A DNA stretch of 63,970 nucleotides, the filler included. It is 9 parts of 9 records of this genome, joined end to end, with 100 filler letters (N's around TTAATTAATTAA, not from the genome) between each part and the next. Parts side by side here need not be neighbours in the genome. Positions count along the whole stretch, not along the records: positions 58,917 to 63,970 come from SRR31147125_58309; 8 more parts are not named here. The stretch is one strand, 5' to 3'. The stretch's first letter is position 1, and every line of letters starts with the position of its first letter. Positions 59,532-63,970 of the stretch are shown one piece after another. The position numbers and the translations under genes are program-made. Below the pieces are notes generated by a model, which made no database searches, was not told the DNA's origin, and saw only the letters and a list, made by a program, of their open reading frames with translations.

Positions 59532-60800
59532 ATGAAGCGAATGAAGCATTTTCCATTGAGTCTGGTTCTGTGTCTGTTGGCTTTGGCGCTCTTTTGCTCA
59601 GGAGCATACGCCAAAGATGTGGTGATCGGGTTTACCGGTCCCTTGAGCGGTCCCGGTGCCGGATATGGACGCGACAATGTCAACGGCCTGCAGATGGCGG
59701 TGGACGACATCAACGAAGCCGGCGGTTTGATGGTGAAGGGGAAGAAATACAACCTCAAGCTGAAAAGCTATGACGACATGATCTCCCCTCCCAACGCCGT
59801 CAACAATGCGCGGCGCCTGGTGGCCAGAGACGGGGCCGTCGTCATCTTCAATCCGGTGTTCAACACCATTGCCCCGCTGATGCAGATCAATGAGCAACCC
59901 GGATCCGAATTCCTGATGATGGCGTACAGCTCAACGCCCAAAATCGAGGAGATCCCCAACAAGCTGACCGCCTCCATCCCCCCGCCGTTCACGGCCTATG
60001 TCCGCTCTTTTTCAGACATCGCCTGGAAAAAGGGCTGGCGCAAAGGCGCCATGGTGGTCACCCTTGGGGCATACGGTGACGAATGGCGCGAAGCCTTCAA
60101 ACATCACTGGACCAGCCTGGGAGGTGAAATCCTGGCCGACAAACCGGCCAACTACTACACCGACACCGACTTTTCAGCCCAGTTGAGCGCCGTACTGGCA
60201 ACCAACCCTGAGTTTATGCTGATCGGCGGACCGTCCGAACCCACCGGTCTCGTTATCGAGCAGGCCAGAAACCTTGGATTCAAGGGCGGCTTCATCCTGG
60301 TGGACCAAGCCAAGATGGATTATATCGCAGATGTCGTTTTCAAAGGTGATCTCTCCAAGATGAACAACGTCATTGGTGTCGCCGCCGTACGGAAGGTGCC
60401 ATCCCCGATCTCCGAAAAGTTCGACAACGCCTACACCGAAAAGTTCAAGGTACATAACACCTTTGAAGCGATACTGAACTACTCGGCCCTGCACATTGTG
60501 GTCGCCGCCATGGAAAAGGCCGGAACGGTCAGTGATCCCAGGGCGATCAAAGCCGCCATAGCCGATGTCCTGCCCCAGGATCAAAATAAGGTACCGGCTG
60601 TATACCTGGGAACCTTGGAAACCAAGCTCCTGGTGGGCGGCACGGTCGGTGTGGTCGAGGACGCCCAGTACAAAAACACCTACCAGTATATCTGGTGGGC
60701 CAAAGACGAAGCGGCCTTCGAGGCGATAAAAAAAGCACTGCCCGATCCAGGGGATGTCGAAGTCCGCTGGATGCCCATCGAGGGGTATCTACAGAAATAG
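59532..60800 (+). CDS. Branched-chain amino acid-type ABC substrate-binding protein (LivJ/K family)
   Basis: Signal peptide, IGFTGPLSGPGA.YG, AVDDINEAGG, TDFSAQL; AGGAGG RBS. Confidence 0.9.
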   Translation: MKRMKHFPLSLVLCLLALALFCSGAYAKDVVIGFTGPLSGPGAGYGRDNVNGLQMAVDDINEAGGLMVKGKKYNLKLKSYDDMISPPNAVNNARRLVARDGAVVIFNPVFNTIAPLMQINEQPGSEFLMMAYSSTPKIEEIPNKLTASIPPPFTAYVRSFSDIAWKKGWRKGAMVVTLGAYGDEWREAFKHHWTSLGGEILADKPANYYTDTDFSAQLSAVLATNPEFMLIGGPSEPTGLVIEQARNLGFKGGFILVDQAKMDYIADVVFKGDLSKMNNVIGVAAVRKVPSPISEKFDNAYTEKFKVHNTFEAILNYSALHIVVAAMEKAGTVSDPRAIKAAIADVLPQDQNKVPAVYLGTLETKLLVGGTVGVVEDAQYKNTYQYIWWAKDEAAFEAIKKALPDPGDVEVRWMPIEGYLQK

Positions 60801-60820
60801 CTACGGCAGTTCGATCCATA

Positions 60821-60858
60821 GGATGCCCGTGGGGCGGCAAGATGGCCCCCGGGCATCC
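60821..60858 (+). other. GC-rich intercistronic hairpin (mRNA stabiliser or attenuator)
   Basis: GGATGCCCG-T-GGGGC ... GCCCC-CGGGCATCC between the binding-protein gene and the permease; no U-tract. Confidence 0.55.
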
Positions 60859-60919
60859 GCTGTATCGCAGACAACACAGGTGACAGCCGGTTTTCAAGGA
60901 GACAAGGGGATAGCGTTCA

Positions 60920-61783
60920 ATGGAACTTTTTTTTCAACAAATATTCAACGGCATCATGTTCGGCAGCACCTACGCCATTGTAGCGCTGGGGCTGACCCTG
61001 GTCATGGGGATCCTGAACATCCCCAACTTCGCCCACGGCCATCTCTATATGCTGGGTGGGTACATTACCTATTTCTTTATGAGCAACATCGGTATCGGCT
61101 ACTGGCCGGCGCTGTTGCTGTCGGTGATCGTTCTGGGGTTGGTCGGTATCGTCATGGAACGCATCGTCTACCGTCCCCTCAACGACGCCCCGCACATCAA
61201 TGCGTTTATCGCAGCCATTGGTGCACTTCTGTTTCTTGAATCGCTGGCACTGGTGGTCTGGGGGCCCCAGGGGCTGCGCATCACCAACCCGCACCCTCAG
61301 ATTTTCAACATCATGGGCATTACCGTGGGGTTGCAGCGCCTGATCGTTATTATCGGCGCCGCTCTCCTGATCGTGCTCTTGCATCTTTTCCTGAAGAAGA
61401 CGCTGGTGGGTACCACCATCGAAGCGGTGGCCCAGAACAGGGAAGGCGCCATGCTCAACGGCATCAATGTCAACCGGGTATCGGCCATTACCTTCTTCAT
61501 CTCCTCGGCAACCGCCGCGGTGGCCGCAAGTTTCCTGTCGCCCATCTTCATGCTGTCGCCGGCCATGGGGGCCATCCTGGGCATGAAAGCCTTCATCATC
61601 GTTATCCTGGGCGGCATGGGAAGTATTCCCGGGGCGATTCTCGGCGGCTATATCCTCGGACTCATCGAGTCGTTGGGCGGCGGTTACATCTCGGCTGAAT
61701 ACAAGGATGTTTTTGCCTTCGGTGCCCTGATCCTGATCCTATCCATCAAGCCGACCGGCATCTTCGGCAAAAAGGAGGTATAG
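60920..61783 (+). CDS. livH: BCAA ABC permease
   Basis: YAIVALGLTLVMG..NFAHG, ILGGMGSIPGA, KPTGIFG. Confidence 0.9.
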   Translation: MELFFQQIFNGIMFGSTYAIVALGLTLVMGILNIPNFAHGHLYMLGGYITYFFMSNIGIGYWPALLLSVIVLGLVGIVMERIVYRPLNDAPHINAFIAAIGALLFLESLALVVWGPQGLRITNPHPQIFNIMGITVGLQRLIVIIGAALLIVLLHLFLKKTLVGTTIEAVAQNREGAMLNGINVNRVSAITFFISSATAAVAASFLSPIFMLSPAMGAILGMKAFIIVILGGMGSIPGAILGGYILGLIESLGGGYISAEYKDVFAFGALILILSIKPTGIFGKKEV

Positions 61784-61786
61784 CAC

Positions 61787-62791
61787 GTGTTCATCAAGCC
61801 GATACACACCAAGATACTCTACCTGGTCCTTTTTGTAGCGGCCCTGCTGCTGCCCTTCTATGTCCCTGATCGCTACCTGTTCCAGATCGTCATCATGAGC
61901 GTTCTCTTCGCCATTGCCACTGCAGCCATGAACCTGATCATCGGCTACACCGGCCAGGCATCGCTGGCCCACGGCGCCTTCTTCGGTATCGGTGCCTATG
62001 GCGTGGCCATCATGACCAAAGCGGGGATCTCGTTCTGGTGGGCCCTGCCCTTGTCGGCGATGATCACGGCAGCGGTGGGTTTGGTGGTGGGGGCGCTTTC
62101 CCTGCGCACCCGCGGCCACTACTTCGCCATCGTCACGCTCTGCTTCGGCGTCATTCTCTGGATCGTGGCAGGCAACTGGATCGAATTGACCGGTGGGCAC
62201 AACGGCATTTTCGGTATTCCCCGCCCCTCGGCCATCACCATTCCGCTGCTGGGCAGTATTACCTTCAACAGCCAGACGGCCCAGTTCTATCTTGCCCTGG
62301 CGTTTTTGCTGATAACGCTATTTGCCTTGCACCGGATCGTCTATTCGATCCTGGGCCTCACGTTCATGGCCGTGCGCAACAATGAACCCCTGGCCGATGC
62401 CGTGGGGATCAACACCTTTGCCACCAAGTTGCTCTCGTTTGTGGTGGCCAACTTCATCGCCGGGTTGGCGGGCGGGATATACGCCAGCATTATCGGTGCG
62501 GTCGGCCCCAGCGATGTGAGCCATATGGTCACCTTCAACTTCCTGATCTACCTGATTCTGGGCGGCATCGCCACACTGCCCGGCGCGGTGATCGGCGCCT
62601 TTGCCATTCCGATTATCATGGAGTTCCTTCAGTTTCTGGGAGACTACCGCATGCTGTTTTTCGGATTTCTGCTGGTCGTGGTGATCATCTACTTCCCCCA
62701 AGGACTCGTGGGCGGTTTGCGCACCCTGAACGAAAAAGTGTCCGCTTGGCGGCAACGCAAATCAACGGAGGCCGGTCATGTTAAAAGTTAA
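61787..62791 (+). CDS. livM: BCAA ABC permease
   Basis: GYTGQASLAHGAFFGIGAY, LRTRGHYFAIVTL, TGGHNG, PQGLVG. Confidence 0.9.
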   Translation: MFIKPIHTKILYLVLFVAALLLPFYVPDRYLFQIVIMSVLFAIATAAMNLIIGYTGQASLAHGAFFGIGAYGVAIMTKAGISFWWALPLSAMITAAVGLVVGALSLRTRGHYFAIVTLCFGVILWIVAGNWIELTGGHNGIFGIPRPSAITIPLLGSITFNSQTAQFYLALAFLLITLFALHRIVYSILGLTFMAVRNNEPLADAVGINTFATKLLSFVVANFIAGLAGGIYASIIGAVGPSDVSHMVTFNFLIYLILGGIATLPGAVIGAFAIPIIMEFLQFLGDYRMLFFGFLLVVVIIYFPQGLVGGLRTLNEKVSAWRQRKSTEAGHVKS

Positions 62792-63542
62792 ATACGTCAC
62801 CAAACGCTTCGCCGGTCTCGTGGCGGTAAAAGATTTGAGTTTCGATGTCCTGGAGGGACAGATTTTGGCCATTATCGGCCCCAACGGCGCCGGCAAATCC
62901 ACAGCCTTCAACCTGATCACCGGTACCTTGCCGCCCAGTGCGGGTAAGGTGTTCATCGACGATCAGGACATTACAGGGATGAAACCCTATCGCATCGTCA
63001 CCAGGGGCGTCGCCAGAACCTTTCAGACGACCAGCCTCTTCGACCAGTTACGGGTGATCGACAACCTGATGATTGCCTATAAATGGCGCACCGGCATCGG
63101 TTTCTGGAACACCCTGCTGCACACCCCCAAGTGGAAGGCATTCCAGACTGAAGCATTTATGCGCGCCATGGAGACGCTTGAATTTCTGGGGTTAGCCGAC
63201 AAAGCCGAGCAGTTCATACCCAGTCTTTCCCAAGAGGAGCAGAAGCGGCTGGCCATCGGAATCGGCATCGTATGCAAACCGCGGCTCCTTCTGCTCGATG
63301 AACCAACCGGCGGCCTCATCCAGGAGGAGACCGATCGCATCACCGAGCTGATTCATCGCATCCGCGACGAACAGGGCATTACCGTCATTATCATCGAACA
63401 CAAAATGCAGATGATCATGGGGATGGCCGACCATATCGTGGTGCTCAATTACGGAGAAAAAATTGCCGAAGGCACGCCGGATGAGATCAAAAACAACCCG
63501 GCGGTCATCGAAGCATACCTGGGAGGTGAAGCGAATGCTTAA
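62778..63542 (+). CDS. livG: BCAA ABC ATP-binding protein
   Basis: GPNGAGKST, ARTFQ, LLLDEPTGG, IEH, VIEAYLG. Confidence 0.9.
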   Translation: MLKVKYVTKRFAGLVAVKDLSFDVLEGQILAIIGPNGAGKSTAFNLITGTLPPSAGKVFIDDQDITGMKPYRIVTRGVARTFQTTSLFDQLRVIDNLMIAYKWRTGIGFWNTLLHTPKWKAFQTEAFMRAMETLEFLGLADKAEQFIPSLSQEEQKRLAIGIGIVCKPRLLLLDEPTGGLIQEETDRITELIHRIRDEQGITVIIIEHKMQMIMGMADHIVVLNYGEKIAEGTPDEIKNNPAVIEAYLGGEANA

Positions 63543-63970
63543 ACTGAAACAGGTGCATACCGCTATCGGAGAGTTGCAGATCATTCACGACGTCACACTG
63601 GAGATCGGAAAGGGTGAATTTGTCTCCCTGCTGGGCAGCAACGGTGCCGGCAAGACCACCCTGTTCAGAACCATTGCCGGCGTGCTCAAACCCAGTAACG
63701 GCACGGTGGAGTTCAAAGGTGCATCGATCAACCGCCTGCCGGTTCACAAGATCGTGGAACTGGGCCTGGTGCTCTGCCCCCAGGGACGCCAGCTCTTCCC
63801 CGAGCTGTCAGTGCGCAAGAACCTGCTGCTCGGTGCATACCCGTTGCGAGGTGATAAAAAGCGGATTCAAAAAAACATGGACCGTGTCTACGACCTCTTT
63901 CCCATACTCAAAGAGCGCAGCAGCCAGGAGGCAGGCACCTTCAGCGGCGGGGAGCAGCAGATGCTGGCCA
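63535..63970 (+). CDS. livF: BCAA ABC ATP-binding protein (3'-partial)
   Basis: Manual translation: MLKLKQVH...LLGSNGAGKTT...PQGRQLFPELSV..NL...AGTFSGGEQQMLA. Confidence 0.9.
   Translation, partial: MLKLKQVHTAIGELQIIHDVTLEIGKGEFVSLLGSNGAGKTTLFRTIAGVLKPSNGTVEFKGASINRLPVHKIVELGLVLCPQGRQLFPELSVRKNLLLGAYPLRGDKKRIQKNMDRVYDLFPILKERSSQEAGTFSGGEQQMLA

Overview
This window is not one locus. It is nine unrelated, probably metagenomic, contigs joined by 100-nt spacers (N44-TTAATTAATTAA-N44): A 1-14095, B 14196-19762, C 19863-26150, D 26251-31674, E 31775-39782, F 39883-46020, G 46121-51794, H 51895-58816, I 58917-63970. Most contigs carry ordinary metabolism, transport or housekeeping genes (pfp, argS, coaBC, murJ, rpsT, liv ABC, TTT and GntP sugar-acid clusters). 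About eight genes are split by single-base frameshifts, mostly in homopolymers, which look like sequencing errors. The standout is a lower-GC three-gene block in contig A (5043-12962). It encodes (1) a ~1600-aa DUF4062-NACHT-WD40 NLR/TEP1-like STAND protein with a duplicated Zn-ribbon, (2) a Nudix hydrolase, and (3) an 872-aa RelA/SpoT synthetase-TPR-SLOG-RyR fusion. I propose this as a candidate undescribed nucleotide-signalling defence or conflict system with Thoeris-like logic. This is inference from motifs read by eye; no database searches were run. Secondary findings include a shared acidic DLLSGFDE-type motif in an MMPL transporter and its DUF1302 partner, an asymmetric ABC ATPase pair, a PanB paralogue in a sugar-acid operon, and a duplicated perfect 26-bp LacI operator. 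No rRNA, tRNA, CRISPR array or transposase was recognised.
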